Shown here: positions 11,323 through 23,368 of the stretch, piece by piece
Layout: each line of letters opens with the position of its first letter
Position numbering within the stretch: the first letter of the stretch is position 1
Assembly (NCBI GenBank): GCA_050273025.1
Contig: CP158635.1
Coordinates: 25,296,001-25,360,000 of the forward strand
Source of the DNA: Cenococcum geophilum
Taxonomy: Eukaryota
DNA: 64,000 bases
Direction of reading: 5' to 3'
Made by a program: the position numbers and the translations under genes
The notes under the pieces: generated by a model
The model's input: only the letters and a program-made list of their open reading frames with translations
The model's database searches: none
What the model was told of the DNA's origin: nothing

Positions 11323-13358
11323 TTGCCTGTCGAACACACTGACTGGAAGGAATCAAACGAGCCCGAGTTCGAAAAACAACTGTCCAAATTGGAGGGGGTT
11401 TTTAAAACGTTTTACACGTACAATACCTCAGTTCTGCCAATCCTATCAAACGAGCCGGGAAGTTTCTTGAGGAGTTCGTTGGACGGTTTCATAAAAGCCA
11501 ACAATCGAGAACGGTCTCTGTTCATAGTTTATTATGGTGGCCATGCCGAGTTAAGAGACAAGAGACTTGTCTTGAGTTGGTAGAGAATATTTCCTCCCGT
11601 CAGATTCGACTATATTTCTGACTGGGCCATTACAGCATCGAGGGGTTCGACGAACCAATCGTAAACTGGACCACAGTTCAGGATATCTTCCTGGAAGCGT
11701 ACGTAAAGGCAGATATATTCTTTATACTGGACTGCTGCCACGCTGGAGGCAGCATTCTGCGACCAAAGACGAAAACCACAAACGTTATTGATGTCCTGGC
11801 TGCGTGCAGTGCAAAGGCCAAAACTCCAGTCCGAGGCGAGAGCTCGTTGACGGCGAAACTCGTCGAGGCCTTCAAAGCAAACTACACCCAAACTTTCGAT
11901 GCCCGCTATTTATACGCCCAGACTCTGTACCAGCAAAAGTCCGCCGAAGACAGTACCATCAGGTTGACCGAGGAAGTCGGGGAAGAGGATGATAACACTC
12001 ACCAGTGGTTCCCAATACGTACCAACGGCAGACATTCACATAACATCGAGTTCTCTGGGATAGGTGTCAAGAAACCTACACCTGAAGAGATTTCTGCACT
12101 GCTGCCATCAAAATCTTCTCCACCTTCACCACCAGTCTCAAGAGCCGACATTGAGGCAAGAATTGAGGATCTCCGAAGGAGGCAGGCTTCTACACACAAC
12201 CGCTCTGTAGATTATTCGTTTGCAAATATGGCTATTAGCAAAGGAGAAGATGAGTAAGTCATGACTATAAAATCTTGTGACACGTCCTTAGCTAAAATGA
12301 TCGTTGTGATTGCAGTCATACGATACAACTGTCAAAAGACTGGTTAGACGCTACAAGAAGTTAATGCGGAGCTTCATGGTCACACGGAAGAGATCCTCTA
12401 GTTATGGTGGAGAAAGCAACCCAAGATGCAAAGTAGCTATTCTTGGCACAGGTATCGACCTCAATCACCCGGAGATATTGGAGTTGAGCTACCGGTCGGA
12501 ATCGCTTTTGGGCAAATTGCACGATTTTACCGTCGAGAACGGCGACTGCGATGACAAAACTGGACACGAGACTAGCTGTGTGATTTTGCTTTCGAGACTT
12601 GCCAGCTGTGAGATTTTCGTGGCCAAAGTGTTTGAAAATAAGTTTTCAAAGAAAACCACTAGTCGCGTCGTAGAGGTAGAGTCTCTTTATCCAACTGTTG
12701 CTCAAAGTCGGCAATATGCTTGACCTAAGCTTACTGTTAAAAACAGGCAGTCAAATGGTCCACCGAATTTTGTGAAGTCGATATTATCATCCTTCCTTTG
12801 GGCATGAAATATCTTGATCCTGATTTAGCCAAGGCTATCAAGGGAGCCCTTTCGACAGGTATTGTCTGCCTGGCAGCCAGCGGCAACGATGGCGCCAACG
12901 AGAAACTTCCCTTCCCTGCTCGACTTCCTGAAGTGTTGGCCATTCATGCATCTGACGGCTATGGCAATCCTGCCCCATTTAATCCCACCCCACGGGACGA
13001 TCTCATGAATTTCAGTGTATTGGGACAGAGTATTGAGGTACATTCAGGCCCAGTGAGCGAATACCAGGGCAGCAGGACTGTCAGCGGCAGTGCATTCGCT
13101 GCAGCCATCGCAGGAGGGATGTTGGCTGCAATGTTCTCTTACGCGTCAGAGGTCTTGTGCATTGAAGAAAAGTACATGAAAGTTCTTCGTTCACCAAAGG
13201 GTGCTGAGAAGATATTCACACTCATGTCTTGCAAAAGGGGTGGCTATGATTACGTTGCACCTTGGCTTTTGATTGAGGACATGGACCCTGTCGACTCTTT
13301 AGAAGAGCATCAGGGGCTGATCAAGGCTAAGATTGTGGCGGCTCTGAAAGCAAAATAG
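11323..13358 (+). pseudogene. Caspase-like (C14-type fold) + subtilisin-like S8 fusion gene; 4 exons (~11323-11579, 11636-12253, 12316-12675, 12747-13358); no ATG found, probable frameshift near 12350
   Basis: LFIVYYGGHA and FILDCCHAG (His/Cys dyad); S8 motifs VAILGTGID, GHETSC, AASGNDG, VSGSAFAAAIAGG, YDYVAPW; GT-AG introns with branch-like sites; balanced GC, little RIP. Confidence 0.8.
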
Positions 13359-13764
13359 ATTGAACATTGAAGCAAGGGAGGAGTGAGTATGAAACTGGGG
13401 AAGATATTGAATGGGGATGACACTCGTGATTTCCTTTGCCAGAACTTTGTTGTTTTCAACGTATGCTTAAATTCTAACAATGGCTTTTCTTGCGGTACCG
13501 AGGCAGCACAATCTGTTAGATTCAACAGTCCTCGATTTCCACTAGCTGCGGGCGATTTCATTTCCCCATCAACTCCTCGTGTTCTTCCCTTTCCGCAAAG
13601 AATTTCGTTTTGCGGAAGGGCCTCCCTCTGTGGCTTTTTGAAAGACATGCTGCTAGGTCATTACGTATTTTCTCGAGGCGATCCAGACATATTTACACAC
13701 GATTCCTCTTTATTACCATGCCACTCGCGTTGTATCTAATCATATCCTATTTGCCATTACTGCA

Positions 13765-14128
13765 TCAAGTTCCAATATCATCAAATCCTCCCACTATTGC
13801 AACAAATTCACCTTCCCACTTTCGAAACAGACGGACAGTTCGAAATAGTATCCAAACTGGACCCTGGACCAGGATAGAATGAGCGATTTTGACCTGCGAG
13901 AACCGAGTTGTGATAACAACCGACCCTTGGTATGCTTCCGGGAGAAACTTTTGAATGTTTACCGCTGAAGGATCTTTATTGCCCAAGACTTTTGGGTTGT
14001 CGAAGTTATCAAAGATTATCAACCAGCGAGAGTTGTTAGGAAGACTAAGCCATGCTTTTACAGCATCAATGACTATGTCAAAGTCTTTCCCGACATAACG
14101 AGCTAAATGGGTCACGTGTTTGGCCTCC
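13765..14128 (-). pseudogene. NB-ARC (fungal NLR-type) gene fragment
   Basis: AVKAWLSLPNNSRWLIIFDNFD (Walker B) and GSVVITTR; no Walker A; cut at 14129 by a Copia LTR and degenerate below ~13875. Confidence 0.8.
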
Positions 14129-14261
14129 TGTTGAACTGATAATTCAGAATGAGAACTCTGTTTATTGAAGAGGGCTCTAGAAGCTCTCTTATATACATCA
14201 GGTAGATGGTAAATAGAATGACGACGGCGTCGTCATTCAGTAGGTCATAGTTAATGGAAAC

Positions 14262-16733
14262 TGTTGGTATCACAAGGTGATATCACGTAGCTACGGTTCG
14301 TAGATAGTATGATGTTGTTCGATTCGAAGCAGAGGATCGTATGGATCGCGGTGCCTAAATAGGGGCTGATGAGTCACCGTAAGGATGACTAATCAGAGAC
14401 ACGCGACCGCGTAACCTCTGTCCATATATTCCGACACATACATTCCAACACTAGCAGTTCTTTCTTTATGTGTAAAACTACAGTGCCTAAGTAGACGGCT
14501 AATGAGTTACTATAAGGATAACTAATTAGAGACACGCGACCACGTAACTATATAACCTCTATCTATATAGTCTAACACTAGTAGTTCTTTCTTTATACTT
14601 ATAGCGCTATAGGAAGGCAGTAAGGTGTTAGTTTAGCTGTAGGTGGAAGCAGTAGAAGTTAGTTAGCTATAGGCGGAGCAGTAAGGGTCGGTTAGCTGTA
14701 GGCATGGTAGCAAGGGTCTATTATAATAGCAGTACAGTACCAGCAACGGGTTATTTAGGCGGTAGTATAATACCAGTAATAGGGTTATATTCTAGGGAGC
14801 AAAGCTCTACCTAGTCCTATTTGGGTTATTCTTATTGGCACAATAGTAATTAGGATCGCATGCATATCAGCATAATATTTCGGTTAGTAGATCGTAGGCG
14901 TATTAGCGCGATCAGTATCGTAATAGCAGGCATAGCGGCGCTATTAGTTTGTTAATAGTATATAGCAGTACAGTGCTTACATAGGGTTGGTTCCGTAGGT
15001 AGATTAGCACGGAGTCTTATTATAGGGTTGGTTTATAGGTATATTAGTTATAATAGTTATTGGGTTTATAGCTGCCGTAGATACTAGCAGTTCTTTCTTT
15101 TTATAGGTTGCCTACGTAACTATACTAGTCTAACTACTCCCCTCCTACATTACTCTCTCTTTACCTATCCCTCCACTTATACCCACAGGCGATTTATATC
15201 TAGGATTTTTTATAGTATCCTCTACAAGAACTTCCTATCTAAATTACGCTAGTAGCCACCTCTATAGCTACCTTAGGAACCACAGAAGTCTTAGAATCCT
15301 CCACACTAAATCTTCTAAAGCTTATTAAATGTTTATAGAGGAATAGATAACTATTGCTGCTAATTAAAGATACTGTTCGCAGATCTAGGCTACTGCGGAG
15401 GTTGTTGCGGAGATTGCTGCGGAGGTTGCTGCGGAGGTTACTGCGGAGGTTACTGCGGAGGTTACTGCGGAGGTTACTGCGGAGGTTACTGCGGAGGTTG
15501 CTGCGGAGGTTGTTGCGGAGGTTGCTGCGGAGGTTGCTGCGGAGGTTGCTGCGGAGGTTGCTGCGGAGGTTGCTACGGAGGTTGTTGCAGAGGTTATTAT
15601 AGAGGTTATTATAGAGGTTCTTACGGAGGGTTATACTATTGCTAGGCAGGAGGAGGACCAGGTAGGGTAGTAGTACTAGGTAGGGGAGTACCTTTAGGTA
15701 GGAGATTAGCGTTCTAGGGGTTTCGATATAAATTAAAGTTACCTTTTAAAGAATATGGGTTAGTTCTAGGTTTCCATAGTTAACGTATAATCTTAGCTTC
15801 TGTCTATACTAGTTCTTCTATACTAATAATAACGGCCTAAATATTACTAGTAATTAGGTTACCGTTCTTAGTAATATATACCCTATTCCTATAGAGGAAG
15901 TCTTAAAAATCCTAAACAATATTAATATTACCTAGTATCTAGGTATCGGCGGTCTATCCTATAAAATCCTCCCTAAAATATTCCCACAGCTATAAATCGG
16001 CGTAGTATCTATCTTAGTAGAATAGAATATAGTATAGGAGAAAGCTATTAACTTATTTTGCGGTACAAGTTATTATATTAAAGGCAAATTCGTCCTAATC
16101 TTTATTAATCAGTTTCGCGTATATTACTACCCCTAGTAGTAAGGAGCCTTTCTAGTTATTTAGAGTAATTATAGCCATATTTTTAGCTTATAGAGTTATA
16201 AAAAGGGAAGTGTTGTTAGTATAGTAATTGTTATTTAGTACGCGTTTGTAATAAGAATCTGCGATTATAGGGCTTAGGACTAGTTCTAGCCTTAAATTAT
16301 AAAGACTTATAAAGCGTGTTATTCTACGTAATAGACGCAAGAATCTATAATCTAGGAAAGGCTTAGGACCAGTTCTGGCCTTTAGATCCTTAGATTTATA
16401 GAAGAGTTCTATTTAAGGTTTAGGACCAGTTCTAACCTTAAAAGACAGCTTCCTCTAGCACAAGTAGCACTGGTACAGTAGCTCGTCTCTTCTTGGAATA
16501 CTTAGCTGTTCTGTAGTATAACAGTGAAGTTAACCACTAATTAGTGTTGGTATCACAAGGTGATATCACGTAGCTACGGTTCGTAGATAGTATAATGTTG
16601 TTTGATTTAAAGCAGAGGATTATAAGGATCGCGGTGCCTAAATAGGGGCTGATGAGTTACCGTAAGGATGACTAATCAGAGACACGCGACCGCGTAATCT
16701 CTGTCCATATATTCCGACATATACATTCTAACA
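14262..16733 (-). mobile_element. Non-autonomous LTR element (2.47 kb) with a deleted Copia-type gag
   Basis: 189-bp LTRs 14262-14450 and 16545-16733; TSD GAAAC/GAAAT; RIPed ORF from 16178 (LWEYFREDFIG...DFLxRNxVYI, PQQP repeats, RGG-rich segment); no pol. Confidence 0.85.
15388..15620. repeat. 12-bp tandem repeat (GGAGGTTRCTGC) x ~19, encoding (PQQP)n on the minus strand
   Basis: Directly visible; in frame with the minus-strand gag remnant. Confidence 0.95.
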
Positions 16734-19700
16734 GAAATAGGTAATAAGATATTCGATGAGGCATTTTAGTTATAAGTTGAGAGATAACTGAGACAAAGCT
16801 CGTATAGACGATCTAGGTCGATAGACAGTAGTAGATAGTGGTAAGGAACTTCGATTTAGGTTAACACACCCCCCTAGCTGCATAGAGCCTTCTAGGCTGC
16901 TATAGAAATACTAAAAAGTCACGATAGTAATTTAGTGTTGAGTTAAAGAAATCCTCTATATATTTACCTTATCTAAATATTATCTAAATCGAATTAAATT
17001 AGATCCTTAATATTAATGAGGTTTAACTGCTAAACGAATATCTTATACTTTTAATGGGGTAGGGCCTTCGTTAAGCCGTCTGCTGTTATGTCCGCAGTAG
17101 GGACCTATTTAATATTAATGTTTCCTTCACAAACTTCCTAGCGGAGCTAGTGGTGATAGATATTAATGTGTTAAAGCTTAGTGTTAAGCTCCGCGTTGCT
17201 TTTAGTAAGTAGTCTAATAGTCTATAGGTTGTCGCAATATATTATTTACTTCTTATTAGGGTTAAATCCAACTTCTTTAAAGAATCGCTGCCACTAAATT
17301 AACTTGGTAGCTGTATGCGATAGGGCTAAGAGCTCTACTTCCGTGCTTAATTTTGTTACTAACTTCTACTTTATAGATCGCCTGTTAATTAGTCCTCTAA
17401 ATAAGGTAAATAGATAGCCTTCTATACTCTTCCTACTTACTATATTATTACTAAATAACGCGTTACTTACCCTTATAAAGATTTGGTTTATTATATTCTC
17501 CTTTAAGTACTTAATTATAAGAGTCCTAGTTTAATAAAGGTAGGCAATTGCTCTTATAGCAGCTGCGTTGTAAATTAGTAATAGATTTTAAGAGAATTCT
17601 AATAGGTTACTTATAGATCTTACTATATCTAGACGAGTAATATAGGCTATATAGAGTGTAGATCCGACCTTCCTTTAATAGGCGTAGGTATCCTACTTTA
17701 AGGCTTGTTCTAGATTAGGCTTAAGTTCCTTATTACCTATAGGTGTATAGACTTTGTAATAGTCCTTTATATTAAAGCTTATTACAATTTTATTAATATA
17801 AGCGTCCTAGCTAAGCTAAAGCTTCCTATTTTCTCTATTATGAATTATTTAAATTCCTAAGAACTAGGTAAGGTTACCTAGGTCCTTAATCTTATACCTT
17901 TTTATAAGGTACTCCTTAAAGGTCTTAAGCTTAAGAAGGTCTCTTTTTTAGTAGGCGGCTATAATATTATTAACGTAGAAGAAGACTGTTAGCTAATTAT
18001 TGTAATATAGGTAAGGCTCCTCCGCTACTAGCTTTAAGCCTTCCTTTTTTAGTATTATCGTTAAGTTACCATACTATAGTAGAGGTGATCGTCGCAATCC
18101 GTAGAGCGCTCTATAAAGTAGTAGGCACTTACCTTTAATTATAAATCTATCTGGGCACTTAATATAAACGACCTCGTTAATTAGGCTATTTGTAAATGCG
18201 TTGACGGCGTTACCCTACTAGTAGTCTAGGTCAAATATTATAACAATAGCCATCAGTACTCTAAACGATCTTGCTGCTAGAGTTATAGCATAGGTATCCT
18301 TATATACTAACTCTTATAGATTACCTTATATATAAAGGCGGGCCTTAAACTTCGTTAGATAGCTATTAGTATTAGTTTTATAGGTAAATATCTAGATAAT
18401 AGGCACCGGTTTAATATAGATCGTCTTATTAACAACCTTAAATATTTCTTTCTTTTAAAGGTCTATATACTCCTTCTAAGCAGCAGCCACAAATTCTTCC
18501 TTATATCGATGTCCTCGAAGCTCCTTCCAGTTCCTAGGTAGCAGTAGGAGCTAATTATAGTAGAGGTTTTTATAAAACGTAAGCCCTACCTTAAAGGCTG
18601 CTTTTTATACTAGAAGGCTCTAGTCCGTAGTAACGTTAGCTAGGAAGCCTATATAGGCCTCTAAGCGTTCTTTAAGTCTTTTTCCTTTAACTATATTCTA
18701 CTCTCCTATATCGCCGACAATATTCTTCTTTAGCTTAGCTTTATTAGTTGGGACCATAATATAGTACGGGTTCTTCTTTGCTGAGGTATTTGAGGACGGT
18801 AAAGGCTCCGGTAAGTTAGGTTCTGGCGTCTTATCTAGGGTAGGAAGCCCTAGAGTTAAGTCGTCTTTAGAGCTTAAATCTAGTTGCTTACTACTTTCTA
18901 TATTAGGCTCTTCCTAATTTCCACTAGAATCTACCTACCGTCTCCCTCCAGTATCGACTTAAATCTTATCTTAAGTCTTATCGCTTTTATTAGACGACGA
19001 TTCTAATTTATCTTAGAGATTCTATATTTAATAGATATTAATAATTTCTAACATTTAGTTAGTTCTTACTCGTAGTATATTTGCTAGATCTGGCTATAAG
19101 TCATTATAGAGCAACTGCTTATTAAATTTTACGTCTCTTATTCTAATAACCTTCTTCTAACTAGGAATATAGATTTAAAAGATATTTGTTAAATTGTACC
19201 CTACCAGATATCCTATATAGGCCCTCGGCGCGAGCTTATTTAGGTATAGAATATTATACTTAAGAGGATAGGCCCTACAGCTATAGACTTGTAGGTGACC
19301 TATATTAGGTTTTAGTGGTAATATACCTATTACTAACTAGATATTCTTAAAAGGTGTCTACCACTTAAGTCCTTTACTAGGCGTCTAATTAAGTAGATAG
19401 GTAGCTACCTTAAAGACTTTAGGCCACAGTTCTTTTAGTAGATGGGCATAAACTCTTATATAATAACCTTTCTGTATAATTACCCCCCCAGAACATTCCG
19501 CTAGACCGTTCTACGACTAAGTATTAGGTGCTAATCTTTTAAGAGTAATTCCTCGTTTAGCTGCCTATTTCTTAAATTCGCCTATAAGAGACGTCTCTCT
19601 ATCTATATAGATTATAGCTACCTTAAAGCCGTATCGTTATTCGATAATATTACAATATTTAATAACAATTTAGGTTAGGGACGACTTCTTAGCCATCGTT

Positions 19701-20275
19701 TCTACCTTATTTATCCGTATTATATTATTAAGGAAGTATACCGCGTATTGGTCGCCATTATATGCGACGATTACGGGTATTAAATCTAGGTATATTTTAT
19801 GGAAAGGAACCGCCAACCTAGTTAGTTTCCTTCTTAACACCACCTTATAAGCTTTACTTACTCTATATAACTTGTATTCTACCGTCGTTAGGCCTTTTAA
19901 AATTACGCCCGTTACTAACTAAGGTAGTTACTTAATTACTTCTTTTCCTATATAGCCCAATTACTAGTACTATATATAGCCTTCTACCTAATTTAGTAGA
20001 GGCTTTAATAAATACTTTACTAGCTTTAATTAAGTTATAAATAAAGCCTCTTATAAGTCCTTTAACTTATTATATTTAACGGTTTTCTAACTATAATAAT
20101 AGCCACAGCGGAAGTACGTCTCGTTGTCGCTAGAGAAGAGAGTGTTCTCTTTATTGTTCTAGTAGACTCCCTTATTATTAAGCTTTTGGAGGCATACTAG
20201 GTTTATATAAAAGCTTAGTATATAGGCTGCTTATAAAAGCTTTATCTATTTCTTGCCTATTAGGTGGTTAATTAT

Positions 20276-22353
20276 TGACCCGAGTTTACGAGTGGTCTAT
20301 TACTTTCGGGTCCTGGATTTCAAACTTTGCCAAGCTAGCTTTTGATTGGTCTAAAAATTCGCCAAGCGTGCTGTTAATTGGTTTCAAAAAAAGTCGCGGG
20401 CGGTATCTACCTGCAGAATACACGTGACGAACTTCAAAACATTAAGTTCAACCAGAGCTCTGCAAAAGCTCTGCAAAAGCTCTGCATTGAGCTCTACCAA
20501 AGCCCTGCAAAAGCTCTGCACGAAGCTCCGTACGAAGCTCTGCAAAAGCTCCACCAAAAGCTCTACCAAAGGCTTTGCAGCACCTCTGCCCACCCAGTGT
20601 ACTGGCCACGCAGTAAATGGAGCACGCAGTGCGCAGGGGTCCAATGGGGTCTCCCCCTTGAAGCTCTGCTTGAAGCTTTACTCGAAGCCCTATACGGAGC
20701 TCGAAAGCTCTACTAACACGCAGCACTAATATACTAGGAAGGTTCTGCAATTGGCCGTATAACCGCCCATACGATCAATCGCCGTACAATCGTCTCTACG
20801 AACGGCTCTACGTACGGCTTTACAATCGATCAATTAAATGCCTATGAATGCCTATGCAATCAATCAAACGCCCGTACGAACGTCTCTACGAACGTCTCTA
20901 CGAACGTCCATACAATTAACCAATCGACCAATCGATCAATCGCCCATACGAACGCCCTTACGAACGCCCATACAATTGCCTATACGATCGTCTCTATAAA
21001 CGTCTTTACGATTAATCGCCCGTACGAACGTCTGCACGCCTGCATGTGGCTCTATCGAAGCTTTACACGAAGCTCTACACGAAGCTCTGCAGAAGCTCTA
21101 CCAAAGCCTCTACAAGACCTCTGCCTACGCAGTAAATAGAGCACGTAGTGCGTAGGGGGGTCTCCCCCTTAAGCTTAAAGCTCTACTAATACGCAGCACT
21201 AATATACTAGGAAGGCTCTATAATTGTCTACACAAGCGGCTCTATAAACGGCTCTATAAATGTCTGTACGATTGCCTATATAAACGCCCATACAAACGCC
21301 TATACGATTAATTAATTAATTAATCACACCTATATAATCGATTAATCGAACGCCCGTATAAACGGCTCTATAAACGTCCATATAATTAATTAATTAATTA
21401 ATCGCCTACACGAACGCCCGTATAAACGATTAATTAAACGTCCATATAATTGCCTATACAATCGTCTCTATAAACGTCTCTACAATTAATCGCCAGTATA
21501 AACGTCTGCACGTCTATACGTCTGTATATCTGCATACCTACATATAGCTCTACACGTAGCTCTACACGTAGCTCTGCATATAGCTCTACACGTAGCTCTA
21601 CACGTAGCTCTGCATATAGCTCTATACGTAGCTCTGCACGTAGCTCTGTATAAAGCTCTATATAAAGCTCTGCACAAAGCTCTATATATAGCTCTATATA
21701 AAGCTCTACTAAAGCCTCTACTAAAGCCCTATATAAGGCTCTACCAAAGCTCTATACAAGCCTCTATTAAAGCTCTATATAAGCCTCTATTAAAGCTCTA
21801 TATAAGCCTCTACCTAAAGCTTACCCCTTACTATAAAGCAGCCCCTATAGCGCAACACGACGGAGGTATATATATATTACTTCTAAATTAAGCCTAACTT
21901 AAGTAGGGCGCCTCGGTTACTATAGTAGATCCTTTTAATAAGATAATACTACTTAGTAGTAACTAAGGCGCCTTAGCTTTACTACTACTTCCAAAAGCTC
22001 TATAAGGGGGTTTAGGGGGTCTCCTTTTAGAAAGCCTTATATATATACAGATATTAATTAGACTCTATGTTACTTCTAAATTAAGCCCAACTTAAGTAGG
22101 GCGTCTCGGTCACTGCAATAGATCCTCTTAGTAAGATAATATTACTTAGCAGTAACTAAGGCGTATTAGCCTTACTACTACTTTTAAATTAAGTAAAAGC
22201 TCTATAGAGGGGGGGTCCAGGGGGTCTCCCCCTGGAAAACCTTATATCTATATATATATTAGTATATTAATTAAACTCTATATATAAGGCTCTAAGTTAA
22301 AGCTTTTAAACTTGGGTCAAAGTTTACGTAGGGTACCTAACGTTCCGCATGTT
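20276..22353 (+). mobile_element. Non-autonomous Helitron2/Helentron-like element with minisatellite interior
   Basis: Removing it restores the Copia frame with no TSD; asymmetric IR TTGACCCGAGTTTA (20275-20288) / TAAACTTGGGTCAA (22307-22320) followed by hairpin ACGTAGG-gta-CCTAACGT. Confidence 0.6.
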
Positions 22354-23368
22354 AACTATAGCTATCCTATAGCCCACAATCTCTTCTATATTTAATCCTA
22401 TATAGAGGCAATCTAATATAGGCTTAATATCGCCAATAAATCTTACACGATTATTAACAACATATATCGTGGTTCTAGAGTTAAGGATAAAGCTATCTTA
22501 AAGCTTATAATCGGAGGCCGTGTTATAGGCTCCTGCTTAATAAACAGCAAAAGCTCCTCCACTAGGCTCCTAAGAGCTCTGCTTATTACTATCCTTTAGC
22601 TTCTTATTAGCTTAATTATCCTTTTTAATTTGCTTAATATAAGCCTTAATTTTAGGCATTGCATTAGCGATCTTCTTATCCACCTTCTTCTGGATTTTGT
22701 TACTAGGTTTAAACTAAGATAGGCGAGGAATCGACTCTATAATATACCAGCATTTATTAAAGTAGTAACGCTTTCTACATAGGCACTCTGGTGCCTATCG
22801 CCCTTCCTTCTTTTACTTATTTACTAACAATTTAGGCTTTAATCTAGGCTTTAAATTCGGTAACTCGCTCGGCTTATCTTTAAAAGTGACTACAAAGGAG
22901 CCTTATAGGTTCTTGCCCTTCTAAGCAAGCTCCCTTTAACGGTGGTTTCGGTATATTTTAACTAGCTCGAAGAAAGTAGGAAGCGTCTTCTTCTCCCACT
23001 CACGCTTATTAAGCTCGTTCTTCCAATATTCTAACTAGCTTGGTGTAATTAATTCAACTATATATACGAAGTCCGTTACCAAACGACTACCATCTACCTT
23101 AGGTAGTTTTAGCTCCTTACACTTAGTGTACACCCTCTCCCACTCCTATAACTAGACCTTAAAGTTCTGGTTCCGAGGCGCCTTCCTAAGCCTTGTATAT
23201 TGGGCGGCAATATAAAGCTTTCGGGCGTGGTCCGATGGAGCAATTCTCTGCTTAAGTACCACCAAGACGTCGTAGGTAGTGTCGCATTTAAACGTGTAGA
23301 CGAGGTAGGTACGTAAGATGGAGCTTAGGATATGACTGCGCAACGTGTTAAGAGCTAACAGCTGTTTT

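Noticed and set aside
13310..13882. Overlapping ORFs of 90-118 aa between the two island genes
   Set aside because: Non-ATG or shadow frames with no recognisable motifs; likely UTR or decayed NLR sequence.
14366..14397. CTGATGA + stem, resembling a hammerhead ribozyme core
   Set aside because: The stem is followed by TAAT, not GAAA; the segment pairs as one long hairpin and the sister LTRs read TAATTAG here.
15354..15602. ORF of RRLL repeats
   Set aside because: Antisense reading of the 12-bp repeat; the real frame is PQQP on the minus strand.
20378..21677. Several 60-110 aa ORFs (also 10344-10556)
   Set aside because: By-products of 12-bp minisatellites; no domain content.
20450..21810. 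CRISPR-like array
   Set aside because: Eukaryotic context; degenerate tandem units with no unique spacers.
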